Assembly (NCBI GenBank): GCA_965277805.1 | Contig: OZ255842.1 | Span: 1,024,001 to 1,088,000 of the forward strand | DNA: 64,000 nucleotides | Source: Candidatus Lustribacter sp. | GTDB taxonomy: Bacteria; Vulcanimicrobiota; Vulcanimicrobiia; Vulcanimicrobiales; Vulcanimicrobiaceae | Direction: 5' to 3' | Part shown: positions 29,601 through 38,090 of the stretch, one piece after another | Numbering within the stretch: position 1 is the stretch's first letter | Layout of the letters: every line of letters starts with the position of its first letter | Notes under the pieces: generated by a model | What the model saw: the letters and a program-made list of their open reading frames with translations, nothing else | Told to the model about the DNA's origin: nothing | Database searches by the model: none | Position numbers and translations under genes: made by a program

Positions 29601-29922
29601 CGATCTGGCGGGCCATCGCGTGCGCTCCGGCATCGACAAGATCACCGCGATAGAAGAAGCGGCTCGCGTGCGCTTCCGGCCGATCGTGATGACGACGGTC
29701 TCGATGATCGCCGGCATGACGCCGCTCGCGCTCGCGCTCGACCCGGGCTCCGTAGCGAAACGCTCCCTCGGCACGGTCGTCATCGGTGGCCTGACGAGCT
29801 CGCTCGTGCTCACGCTCGTCCTCGTGCCGATCATGTTCATCTGGATCGCACCGGGCCCGCCACGTCATCCCGAGCTTGTCGAAGGACCGCTTCAACCGTT
29901 GCCCGCGCTGGAGCCGCACTGA
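26656..29922 (+). CDS. RND efflux permease (AcrB/MdtB-like) 1
   Basis: GILVDDSIVVLENV, KNGILLV, RFRPIVMTT proton-relay residues. Confidence 0.95.
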   Translation: MRLTQLFVNRPPLVFVLVAVVALAGCFALATLVQQNTPNIDFPVVSVSASYPGAPPSELRDSVVRPIEDAIAGAPNIDHINTSIQQNQATISTFFTLDSNQTTDLTEVQDRVQTARAALPSDLPAPTVRTFDPAQATITTLSVTSQSLSIADLSAIVTNTIVPALEQVPGVSSVTANGTVTPALEVKVDPQKLSGFGFTANDVVSAIQSNNVRAPGGVAYAPNRETTIDIRGDIQTPDQISNLLLSGTTTVLKGATSPSGTITQKYTGTSGSTNQALALSSSAVTTGAAGSATNPFSTQARLPRIGDVATVSDGYEPKRVYSYVSGVPAITLNVLKGAGASEVTASRAVQAALPGIEAQYPDVQFRVLNVQADYTQQQLLSVVYTLLEGVAFTGIAMLFFLRSWRNALVVMVAIPTSLFVTLFVMRLLNFTIDTVSLLAMTLIVGILVDDSIVVLENVERHYDDGEAPRTAAILGRSEIGSAAIVITLVDVVVFFPLAFLPGITGRFLSEFGIVVVIATLTSLVVSFTVTPSLAGNWSLRSNWRAPRFIAAFTTGFARLRDWYTSRVLPLALRYPIPIVVVVGLLTAGAISLIPLGVVGFELFPAQDRGQIFVQVQYPTGTPLTTTDATVRELTQHILELPDIQRVTSVSGALQQGFGGSLNLGSNGQITVFLNDKRTHSTDELARQMTGIGRRFGHGARVIAIPATGTRGGNSQPIDVTVQTTRGEPDAYAVQIMGALADTPGTANVNSSAVRFTPQIDIEFNRDRARALDVNIGSAALAVRAAFGGTLATQFDTNNGTKYVQVLYPMVDQTSLKTLDSITLRSGTGAIVHLGDIATLVNAPAQALITRVNRQTVIHLGANVENGYLLSNVQRDFLARVKALHLPNTVIVGAAPGGNQQNLILTVQGLGWALALSIVLVYLLMVALYDAYRAPFVIMFAVPVAAIGAFGFLAITHQGLNLYSIIGVVMLVGLVSKNGILLVDLAGHRVRSGIDKITAIEEAARVRFRPIVMTTVSMIAGMTPLALALDPGSVAKRSLGTVVIGGLTSSLVLTLVLVPIMFIWIAPGPPRHPELVEGPLQPLPALEPH
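29863..29890 (+). repeat. REP-like palindrome translated in the RND C-terminus
   Basis: CGTCATCCCGAGCTTGTCGAAGGACCGC = RHPELVEGP. Confidence 0.88.
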
Positions 29923-32900
29923 TGTCGCTGACGCGCCTCTTCGTCGAACGTCCGACGCTGGTCACGGTCTTTCTCGCGTTGGTGCTGCTCGCCGGTACGA
30001 TCAGCGGCCAAGCTCTGATCCAGCAGCAGTTCCCAAACACGTCGACGCCGTCGATTCAGGTACTCGTGAGTTATCCGGGCGCCTCGACAACCGAGATGCG
30101 CGATGCGATCGTGCGGCCGCTCGAAGATCAGCTCGCCGGCGCGCCCGATCTCGATCACCTCGAAACGGCGATTCAGCCCGGCCAAGCCTCAATCGTCGCG
30201 GTCTTCCAGCTGAGCTCGAATCAAAACGACGACTTGGTGCAGGTGCAAGGCCGCGTGCAGAACGGCCAGCACTCGCTGCCCAACGACGTGCAGACGCCGC
30301 AGATCGCGATCTACAACCCGAGCGAAGCAGTCGTCGTATCGCTCGTCTTGCGCTCGCCGACGCTGAGCGTCGGCGATCTCTCATCGCTCGTCGTCAACAA
30401 GGTCGTGCCGTCGCTCGAACAGCTCCCGGGCGTCTCGTTCGTGCAGCAGAACGGCACCGTGACGCCGTCGCTTCAGGTAGCGGTCGATCCGCACCGGCTG
30501 AGCGCCTCCGGCTTCACCCTGACCGACGTCGTGAGCTCGCTGACGAACAACAACGTCCGCGCGCCGGGCGGCATTCTCTACAGCCCTAACCGCGAGACCA
30601 ACCTCGACGTGCGCGGCGACATCCAAACCGTCGCCAGCGTCGACAATCTCCTGCTGGGCTCGGGCACGAGCAGCACGACCGGCACCAACACTTGGAGCAC
30701 GTCGGCACGGCTCTTCAGCATCGGCGACGTCGCGAACGTGACCGACACCTACGAGACGCAGCGCGTGTTCGCGTACTCGAGCGGGATCCCGGCGGTCGAG
30801 CTGGACATCCAGAAGTCCGCCGACACCAGCGAGGTCGAGACGTCGAAGCACGTGCTGGCCGCGCTGCCCGGCCTGCGCCGCACGTATCCCGACGTGCAGT
30901 TCACGATCCTCAACGTGCAGTCGACGTACACGCAGCAGCAGCTCACCGGCGTGATGCGCACGCTGGTCGAGGCGGTGATCTTCACCGGTATCGTGATGCT
31001 GTTCTTCCTTCGCTCGTGGCGCAACGCGATCGTGGTGATGATTGCGATCCCGGCCTCGCTGCTCGTCACGTTGGCGGCGATGCGCCTCGCGAACTTCACC
31101 CTCGACACGGTGTCGCTCTTGGCGATGACGCTGATCATCGGCATTTTGGTCGACGATTCGATCGTCGTGCTGGAGAACGTCGAGCGCCACTTCCACCGCG
31201 GCGAAGGCCCGTCGGAAGCGGCGATCAAGGGCCGCTCGGAAATCGGCGTGGCGGCAATCGTCATCACGCTGGTCGACGTCGTCGTATTTTTGCCGATCTC
31301 GTTTTTGCCGGGATCGGTCGGACTGTTCTTGCGCGAGTTCGGCCTCGTGGTCACCGTCGCGACCCTGACGTCGCTGTTCGTGTCGTTCACGGTGACGCCG
31401 TCCTTGGCCGGTCGCTGGGCGCTTCTCTCGACCTGGCGGCCGTGGCCGTGGATCAACCGCTTCAGCGATGGCTTCGAGCGCGCGCGTTCGAGTTACGCCG
31501 ACCGCGTGCTACCGTGGGCGCTCGAACGCCGCGGCCTCGTGGCCGCAATCTCCGCGCTCTCGCTGGTCATCGCGGTGTCGCTCATTCCGCTTGGGCTCGT
31601 CGGTTTCGAGTACATTCCGCCGGTCGACCGCGGCCAGATCTACCTGACGATGACCTACCCGCCCGGCACGCCGCTCGCCACGACGCGCGCGGGATTGCTC
31701 AAGGTCGAGAGCGCGATCGACGGCAACCGCGACGTGCAAGCCGAATCATCGATGGCCGGTGCATACCTCGGCCAGCTGAGCGGCTATATCAACAACGGCG
31801 CGGTCGCGCAGATGAACATCTTCCTGCGCGAAAAACGCTCGCAATCCACGGCATCCTTGGCCGCGAGTTTTCAGCGCACGGCAAAACGGCTTGCGCCCTC
31901 GGCGACGATCGTCTCGGTACCGGCGACTGATATCGCCGGTGGTAACACGCAGCCGATCGACGAGACGGTCTCGAGTCTCGACGGTATCCCGGAACCCTAC
32001 GCACGCAAAGTCGCGGCCGCCCTCGCGGCAACGCCGGGCGCCGTCGACGTCACGACATCGGCGGCGGACAACGCGCCGCAAGTGAACGTCGAGTTCAACC
32101 GCGATCGTGCGCGCGCGCTCAACGCCAGCATCGGCACCGCGTCGACGGCGGTTCGCGCGGCCTTCGGCGGCGATCTCGCCACGCAGTTCACCGGCGCCGA
32201 CGGCCTCAAAGACGTGCTCGTCACCTATCCGCAAACGGCGCAGACATCGCTATCGGCGATCGAACAGATCCCGATCCGCGCCGGCGACGGTTCGATCGTG
32301 CGCGTCGGCGACATCGCGCATCTCGTGCAAGCCCCCGCGCCGTCGATGATCCTGCGCATCAACCGCCAAAGCGTGGACTACGTGGGCGCGAACATCGCGC
32401 CGGGCGCCACGCTCTCGAACGTGCAAAAAGCCTTCGCGCAGCGCCTGCGCGCGTTGCATCTACCGTCAACCGTAACGGTCGCCGCGTCGGCCGGCGGCAA
32501 CCAGCAAGACGTCGGCGACACCGTCACCGGCATGACGTTCGCGCTCATGCTCTCGATCGCGCTCGTCTATCTGCTGATGGTCGCGCTCTACAACAGCTAC
32601 CGCACGCCGTTCATCATCATGTTCGCCGTCCCGGTCGCCGTCGTCGGCGCCCTCGGCTCGCTCGCCCTAACGCACCAAACGCTGAACCTGTTCTCGCTGA
32701 TCGGCTCGGTGCTCCTCATCGGCCTCGTCACCAAGAACGGCATCCTGCTCGTCGATTTCGCAAACATGCGCCGCCGCGCGGGCCTCGATCGTATCGTCGC
32801 CATCCGCGAAGCCGCCCGCGAACGTTTCCGCCCGATCATGATGACCACCGTCGCCATGGTCGCCGGCATGCTCCCCCTCGCCCTCGTCCTCGACCCCGGA

Positions 32901-33068
32901 GCCCAAGCCGAACGCTCCCTCGGCACGGTCGTCATCGGCGGCCTCATCAGCTCGCTCTTGTTAACGCTCGTCCTGGTGCCGGTCGTCTACCTGGCCGTCT
33001 CCCCCGAAAGCAACGAAGACAAAGAACCAAAACCCACCCGCCGGCGCCTCATGGTCGAAGCGCGCTAA
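29922..33068 (+). CDS. RND efflux permease (MdtC-like) 2
   Basis: Paralog of preceding gene with the same motifs; TGATG overlap. Confidence 0.95.
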   Translation: MSLTRLFVERPTLVTVFLALVLLAGTISGQALIQQQFPNTSTPSIQVLVSYPGASTTEMRDAIVRPLEDQLAGAPDLDHLETAIQPGQASIVAVFQLSSNQNDDLVQVQGRVQNGQHSLPNDVQTPQIAIYNPSEAVVVSLVLRSPTLSVGDLSSLVVNKVVPSLEQLPGVSFVQQNGTVTPSLQVAVDPHRLSASGFTLTDVVSSLTNNNVRAPGGILYSPNRETNLDVRGDIQTVASVDNLLLGSGTSSTTGTNTWSTSARLFSIGDVANVTDTYETQRVFAYSSGIPAVELDIQKSADTSEVETSKHVLAALPGLRRTYPDVQFTILNVQSTYTQQQLTGVMRTLVEAVIFTGIVMLFFLRSWRNAIVVMIAIPASLLVTLAAMRLANFTLDTVSLLAMTLIIGILVDDSIVVLENVERHFHRGEGPSEAAIKGRSEIGVAAIVITLVDVVVFLPISFLPGSVGLFLREFGLVVTVATLTSLFVSFTVTPSLAGRWALLSTWRPWPWINRFSDGFERARSSYADRVLPWALERRGLVAAISALSLVIAVSLIPLGLVGFEYIPPVDRGQIYLTMTYPPGTPLATTRAGLLKVESAIDGNRDVQAESSMAGAYLGQLSGYINNGAVAQMNIFLREKRSQSTASLAASFQRTAKRLAPSATIVSVPATDIAGGNTQPIDETVSSLDGIPEPYARKVAAALAATPGAVDVTTSAADNAPQVNVEFNRDRARALNASIGTASTAVRAAFGGDLATQFTGADGLKDVLVTYPQTAQTSLSAIEQIPIRAGDGSIVRVGDIAHLVQAPAPSMILRINRQSVDYVGANIAPGATLSNVQKAFAQRLRALHLPSTVTVAASAGGNQQDVGDTVTGMTFALMLSIALVYLLMVALYNSYRTPFIIMFAVPVAVVGALGSLALTHQTLNLFSLIGSVLLIGLVTKNGILLVDFANMRRRAGLDRIVAIREAARERFRPIMMTTVAMVAGMLPLALVLDPGAQAERSLGTVVIGGLISSLLLTLVLVPVVYLAVSPESNEDKEPKPTRRRLMVEAR

Positions 33069-33088
33069 CGGCGACGGCTCGGTTCAGA

Positions 33089-33472
33089 CTATCCCGGCAC
33101 GCTCCAACTCGTCCCGTCGACAAAATGAACGTATCGGACCTCGCAGCGATCGTCGGTCGTCGCGGCGGTGAACAATCCGCCGGGAAGATTTTTGTGCAAG
33201 TGTTCGGTGACCGGCGCGCCTGGCGCAAAGGCGCCATGGACGTCGAACGTCATGGAACGCTTCCGTCCGTAGGGAATGACGACCCGAATCTCGTCGGCCG
33301 CGATCGCGGCGTTGTCGACGAACGTTGCGTTGTACGATGCGTGCTGCGTGAGTTCGATGCTATCGATCGTCCCGCTGCACGAGGTCGCGGAAACCGGTGA
33401 CGCACTCGGCGCCGAAGCCGGTGCCGCCGCAACGAGAGCCATAAAGAGCGCCGGGATGAGCAACTGCTTCAT
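33089..33472 (-). CDS. Secreted hypothetical protein (probable paralog of 15949..16422)
   Basis: MKQLLIPALF signal; FVDN..AADEI..DVHGAFAPG..EH..CEVRYVHFVDGTSW. Confidence 0.7.
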   Translation of the reverse strand: MKQLLIPALFMALVAAAPASAPSASPVSATSCSGTIDSIELTQHASYNATFVDNAAIAADEIRVVIPYGRKRSMTFDVHGAFAPGAPVTEHLHKNLPGGLFTAATTDDRCEVRYVHFVDGTSWSVPG

Positions 33473-33611
33473 GGGCTTCTCTATACCGCACGCGCACGGC
33501 AGCCAAAGCTCCCGCGAACCGAAGCGGGACCAAAGCCTCTCTCCGTCAGGCCCTTCGAACCAAAGGAGTCTGCCGTGCGCAACGGCGGTGCGGACTGGGT
33601 AGAGTTGGAGC

Positions 33612-34247
33612 ATGGCTGAGACGCTGACCGCTGCCGAGTACGTCCCCAATTCGCGATCCCTGCGGACACTGCGCGCTGCGGCGGAGACGTGTCACGGTTG
33701 CGATCTGTACAAATACGCGACGCAGACGGTATTCGGCGAAGGTCCCGCGCACGCGCCGTTGATGTTCGTCGGCGAGCAACCGGGTGATGCGGAAGACCGG
33801 CTCGGCCACCCGTTTGTCGGCCCCGCCGGAAAGCTCTTGCACGACGCGCTCGCCGAAGCGGGCCTCGACGCGGATGATGCCTACGTGACGAACGCGGTGA
33901 AGCACTTCAAGTTCATCGAGCGCGGCAAACGGCGCATTCACAACACGCCCAAACGCACCGAAGTGAAGGCGTGCTTTCCGTGGCTCGAAGCCGAGATCGG
34001 GGCCGTGCGCCCAAAGATCGTCGTCGCGTTGGGCGCGACCGCCGCACAAGCATTGCTCGGTCCGTCGTTCAAGCTCACACCGAACCGCGGCCGCGCGTTC
34101 CCCTCGCCATGGGGACCATCGGTCATCCCGACGGTTCATCCGTCGTCAATCCTCCGCGCACCGGACGATGACGCGCGCCACGTCGCCCGCGTGGCCTTCG
34201 TCGCAGATTTGCACCACGTAGCAGCAGCCCTCACCCCGTCACCCTGA
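33612..34247 (+). CDS. udgX: UdgX-family uracil-DNA binding protein
   Basis: CHGC Fe-S ligands, GEQPG, NAVKHF, R-loop KRRIH, HPSSILR. Confidence 0.92.
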   Translation: MAETLTAAEYVPNSRSLRTLRAAAETCHGCDLYKYATQTVFGEGPAHAPLMFVGEQPGDAEDRLGHPFVGPAGKLLHDALAEAGLDADDAYVTNAVKHFKFIERGKRRIHNTPKRTEVKACFPWLEAEIGAVRPKIVVALGATAAQALLGPSFKLTPNRGRAFPSPWGPSVIPTVHPSSILRAPDDDARHVARVAFVADLHHVAAALTPSP

Positions 34248-34265
34248 TCTTGTCGAAGGGCCGCC
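34237..34265 (+). repeat. REP-like palindrome supplying the udgX stop codon
   Basis: CGTCACCC-TGA-TCTTGTCGAAGGGCCGCC; TGA at 34245-34247. Confidence 0.75.
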
Positions 34266-34320
34266 TCCATCCCGAGGCTCCGCGACTCGTCCGAAGAAGA
34301 AGCGCGCAAGGGGGAAGGCC

Positions 34321-35271
34321 ATGCCATTCATGCCACGTTCCCGTGCGCTCGCGCTCATCAGCGGAAGCCTCGTCGCCGCATCGTCCATGCCGGCGCGCGC
34401 CCAGACCGACGCTTCCGCACTGCGCATCGGTTCGATGTCGATCGATGCGATGGGCGAAGCTTACTACGGACTCGATCGCGGCTTCTTTCACGATAACGGC
34501 GTCACGCCGGCCGTCACGACGCTGACCAACAGCTCCGCAATCGTGCAGTCCGTCCTCGCCGGCGAACTCGATGCCGGCATGACGAACACCGTGCAACTCG
34601 CCGTCGCGGTCGCACGCAGCGTGCCCGTGCAGATGATCGCGCCCGCGAGCCTGTATTCCACCCGCGACAACACGCAAGGCCTGGCCGTCGCGAAAAACGC
34701 GCCATACACGTCGGCGAAGGACCTCATCGGCGCAACGATCGCCGTCTCGGCGCTGGCCGACTTCAACCAGCTTGGCATCTCGGCATGGCTCGACCGCAAC
34801 GGCGTGTCCCCGTCGAGCGTGCATTTCGTCGAGCTGCGCTTTTCCGAGATGGGCCAAGCCCTTGCGCGCGGCACCGTGCAGGCGGCGCAAATTGCCGAGC
34901 CGAGTATGAGCGCCGCGATTCGCGCCGGCGACGTGCGCCCGTTCGCCGACGTGTACAGCGCGATCGCGCCGGAGTTTGCCACGATCGTCTGGTTCTCGAG
35001 CAAAACGTGGATTCAAAGCAACCCCGACGCCCTCAGGAAACTGCGCAACGGCATCTTCGCCACCGCCCGTTGGGCCAACGGCCACTATCCCGAGGCGGCC
35101 GAGATCCTGGCCAAAGTCGCGAAGGTCGACGTCGCCACCGTCAGCGCCGGACGACGCGTCTACTTCGGCACGACAAACGATCCGAAGTACGTCGCCGGGC
35201 CGCTGGCAGCCGCCGCAAAATACGGCATCACATCACGTACGGTGACCCCGGCCGAATACATGGCGCCCTAA
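34321..35271 (+). CDS. SsuA/THI5-type solute-binding protein
   Basis: Signal peptide; RGFFHDNGV, AKDLIGATIAV, ARWANGH. Confidence 0.85.
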   Translation: MPFMPRSRALALISGSLVAASSMPARAQTDASALRIGSMSIDAMGEAYYGLDRGFFHDNGVTPAVTTLTNSSAIVQSVLAGELDAGMTNTVQLAVAVARSVPVQMIAPASLYSTRDNTQGLAVAKNAPYTSAKDLIGATIAVSALADFNQLGISAWLDRNGVSPSSVHFVELRFSEMGQALARGTVQAAQIAEPSMSAAIRAGDVRPFADVYSAIAPEFATIVWFSSKTWIQSNPDALRKLRNGIFATARWANGHYPEAAEILAKVAKVDVATVSAGRRVYFGTTNDPKYVAGPLAAAAKYGITSRTVTPAEYMAP

Positions 35272-36539
35272 TGGAGACCCCCAGCGTGTCTAACATCCCT
35301 AAACCGGTGGTCGAGCATCGCGGTGCGCCGAGCGTGCGCCGCTGGATGGAACAGCGCTGGCTGCTTGACAACATCATCCGCGCCAACGGCATCGACTGGG
35401 ACCAGTCGCGCTCGATCTACCTCAACGCACCATGCGGCGTCGAAGCGAACGCGGACTTCGCGCAAATCCGCACGCGCGTGCAGAAGATGGCCGATATCGG
35501 CCCCGCCTTCGCCTCGACCGCCCGGCGCCGCGAAGCAAAAGCCGCCGAAGCCGAAGCGGGCGATAACCGCATCACCGCGCGCGACAACTACTTCATGGCC
35601 GCGGTTCACTGGGGCGCGGCTCAGTGGCCCTACGACGAGAACGACGAAACGAACATCGCGTATAACGAGAAGAAGCGCGACTGTTACCAGCGCTATGCAA
35701 ACCTCGCCGACCATCACGTCGAGGCCGTCTGGCTGCCGTTCGCGGGGAGCGCGATCCCGGCATGGTTCCATCTGCCGCCCGGCTACACCGGCGGCGAACT
35801 CCCCGCCGTTATCGTCGTACCGGGCATGGACAGCTTCAAAGAAATGTCCGTCGCGCTCTACGGCGACCGCTGGCTGAACCGCGGCATCGCCGTGCTCGCA
35901 ATCGACGGTCCGGGCCAATACGAAGCCCCGATGGTCGGCATCAATGTGAGCATGGAAAACTGGAGCAACGTCGGCAAGATCCTCGTCGACTGGCTCGCCG
36001 CGCGCACCGAAGTCGACGCGGCCCGCATCGGCATCACCGGCACGAGTTTCGGCTCGTTCTTCGCAACGATCGTTGCCGGCAGCGAGCCGCGTCTGAAAGC
36101 GTGCGCGGTCGTCGCAACGTGCCTCGAACCCGGCTGCCACACGATCTTCGAAGAAGCCTCGCCGACGTTCAAGAAGCGCTTCATGTACATGTCCGGCTAC
36201 ACCGACGAAGCCGCCTTCGACGACTTCCGCCGGACGCTCACGTGGGAAAACCACGTCGGCAACATTGCCTGCCCGTACCTCTGCATCGCCGGCGAAGCTG
36301 AAGAGCTGAGCCCGATCGAGTACGCCGGACAGCTCATCGCACGGCTCAACGTGCCCAAGCAGTTCGTCGTCTACGCTGAATCCCGGCATTCCGTCGGCGG
36401 CGTCCCGTCGACGAATCTTGGCCCGTTTCCGCCGATCCTCGCCGCAGACTGGATGGCGGCGCGGTTGGCCGGCAAGCCGTTCCCGAGCGAACGCTGGTAC
36501 GTCGATCCGGCCGGCCGCGTAACCAAAGCCGCACTTTAG
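35271..36539 (+). CDS. Alpha/beta hydrolase (2,6-dihydroxy-pseudooxynicotine hydrolase/FrsA-like)
   Basis: PGMDSFKE, DGPGQ, GTSFG nucleophile; ATG overlaps SBP stop. Confidence 0.85.
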   Translation: METPSVSNIPKPVVEHRGAPSVRRWMEQRWLLDNIIRANGIDWDQSRSIYLNAPCGVEANADFAQIRTRVQKMADIGPAFASTARRREAKAAEAEAGDNRITARDNYFMAAVHWGAAQWPYDENDETNIAYNEKKRDCYQRYANLADHHVEAVWLPFAGSAIPAWFHLPPGYTGGELPAVIVVPGMDSFKEMSVALYGDRWLNRGIAVLAIDGPGQYEAPMVGINVSMENWSNVGKILVDWLAARTEVDAARIGITGTSFGSFFATIVAGSEPRLKACAVVATCLEPGCHTIFEEASPTFKKRFMYMSGYTDEAAFDDFRRTLTWENHVGNIACPYLCIAGEAEELSPIEYAGQLIARLNVPKQFVVYAESRHSVGGVPSTNLGPFPPILAADWMAARLAGKPFPSERWYVDPAGRVTKAAL

Positions 36540-36556
36540 CCGATAATGACAGTACG

Positions 36557-37402
36557 ATGCCAAACGACGCCATAGGGACGCCCGCTCCGCTTATTACCCC
36601 GGCCGAGCGCTTGCCGGTCGCTTCCGACGGCGAAGTGGCCGTCAATCGCGCCGACGGGCTGGCCGAGATCGCCGACTGGACGGCCGCGAAGGTTCTCGTC
36701 GAGCATCTCTTTGCGCGTGGTAGTGCACGTATTAGTGGCATCGAGTATGCGGTTGGTTACAAGCTCGCGTTCGGTCTAACCGGCGGCGACATCGTGGACG
36801 TCTACCACTTCGATAACGATGCCGTCTCGTTCTGTATCGCCGATATCTCCGGCAAGGGGACGGAAGCGGCCGTGCATGCGGCGCTCGTGAAGTACGGCCT
36901 GCGCGCGTACGCCTCGCAGGGGCTTACCCCCGAGCGCGTGCTGCGCTCACTCGACCGCCTTTATCTTGAAAACAATGCCTTCGAGAAGATCGAATCCTTC
37001 GCGTCAGTTTTCTTCGGCATGGTGGACTCGAGGCGCCGCGTGATGCAGTATGCGTCGGGCGGCCACGAAGCCGCCGCGATCATTGTGCCCGGCGAGCGTG
37101 CCCGGACGCTCGAGCCCACGGCGCCGCTGATCGGTGTCTTCGACGATCAGCACCATCTCTTCAAACACGGGTTCGTCGATTTGCCGCCGGGGACGCTGTT
37201 CGTCGCGACCACGGACGGCATCACCGAAGCGCGCTCGCCGGATCGCGAGTTCTTCGGCATGGAGGGGTTCATCAGTACGATCGAAGAGCTCTCCCATGAG
37301 CCGGTCGATCAAATCGTGCAAACGCTGATCGAACGTGCGCGCGCGTTCACCCATGATCAGCTGCGCGACGACATTGCGGTCGTCGCCGCGCGCTTTCTCT
37401 AG
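36557..37402 (+). CDS. PP2C/SpoIIE (RsbU-like) phosphatase
   Basis: GGDIVD, IADISGKG, SGGH, TDGITEAR, DDIAVV. Confidence 0.92.
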   Translation: MPNDAIGTPAPLITPAERLPVASDGEVAVNRADGLAEIADWTAAKVLVEHLFARGSARISGIEYAVGYKLAFGLTGGDIVDVYHFDNDAVSFCIADISGKGTEAAVHAALVKYGLRAYASQGLTPERVLRSLDRLYLENNAFEKIESFASVFFGMVDSRRRVMQYASGGHEAAAIIVPGERARTLEPTAPLIGVFDDQHHLFKHGFVDLPPGTLFVATTDGITEARSPDREFFGMEGFISTIEELSHEPVDQIVQTLIERARAFTHDQLRDDIAVVAARFL

Positions 37403-37409
37403 GGAATAT

Positions 37410-38033
37410 CTACTTCCAGGCGTCCGACGTATTCTGCCGGGCAATCTCGGCGGCGGTGACCTGCACGTTTTCACCGTCGAGCGCCAGCTCTTCCAGAACG
37501 ACCGCTGGCAGCGCCTTCGCGATTTGCATCACGATCTGCGCGTAGTCGGCGAGGTGCCGTTGTGCGAGCTTCGCCGTCGAGCCGTCACCCAGGCCCAGTG
37601 CGGTTGCATTCAGCATGGTATAGCTTGCGGTAGCGAGTCCGAGCGCTGTGTAGTCGTCGCGCAAATTCTTGGACACCTTCGTCTTGCGCGCGCTGTCGAT
37701 CACGGCCGCTCCGGCGCCGAGCAGTTGCGACCACGCCGACTTCACCGGTGACCCCGCATGACCGCCCGCCGCGTCGAGCTGCGCTTCGAGATCGCGCATG
37801 TGCGTTTCGGTAAGCGCCTGCAGACTCGAGATGAGTTCGGCGGCTTCGCCGAACTTGGCCGTATCATCCATGTCGAGCTGACGCTTCAGCGGCTGATTGA
37901 TGTGGCGCTCCAAGGCGAGCGCGTCGCTCAAGTAGGTCGCAATCGTGTGCCGGTCGTCGCTGCCGGTATTCAACGTCGCATCGCTCGAATCGTAGCGCAG
38001 CGCGGAGTCGGTCGTGGAATTCGTGTCGTTCAT
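37410..38033 (-). CDS. Ferritin-like (DUF892/YciF-like) protein
   Basis: YLSDALALERH, ETH...LE, KNLRDDY helical-bundle pattern; start uncertain. Confidence 0.65.
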   Translation of the reverse strand: MNDTNSTTDSALRYDSSDATLNTGSDDRHTIATYLSDALALERHINQPLKRQLDMDDTAKFGEAAELISSLQALTETHMRDLEAQLDAAGGHAGSPVKSAWSQLLGAGAAVIDSARKTKVSKNLRDDYTALGLATASYTMLNATALGLGDGSTAKLAQRHLADYAQIVMQIAKALPAVVLEELALDGENVQVTAAEIARQNTSDAWK

Positions 38034-38090
38034 GATGCCTACATCATCCACTGCCGCCGCATCGCTCAAACCCGCTTGCCGGGACGTCGT

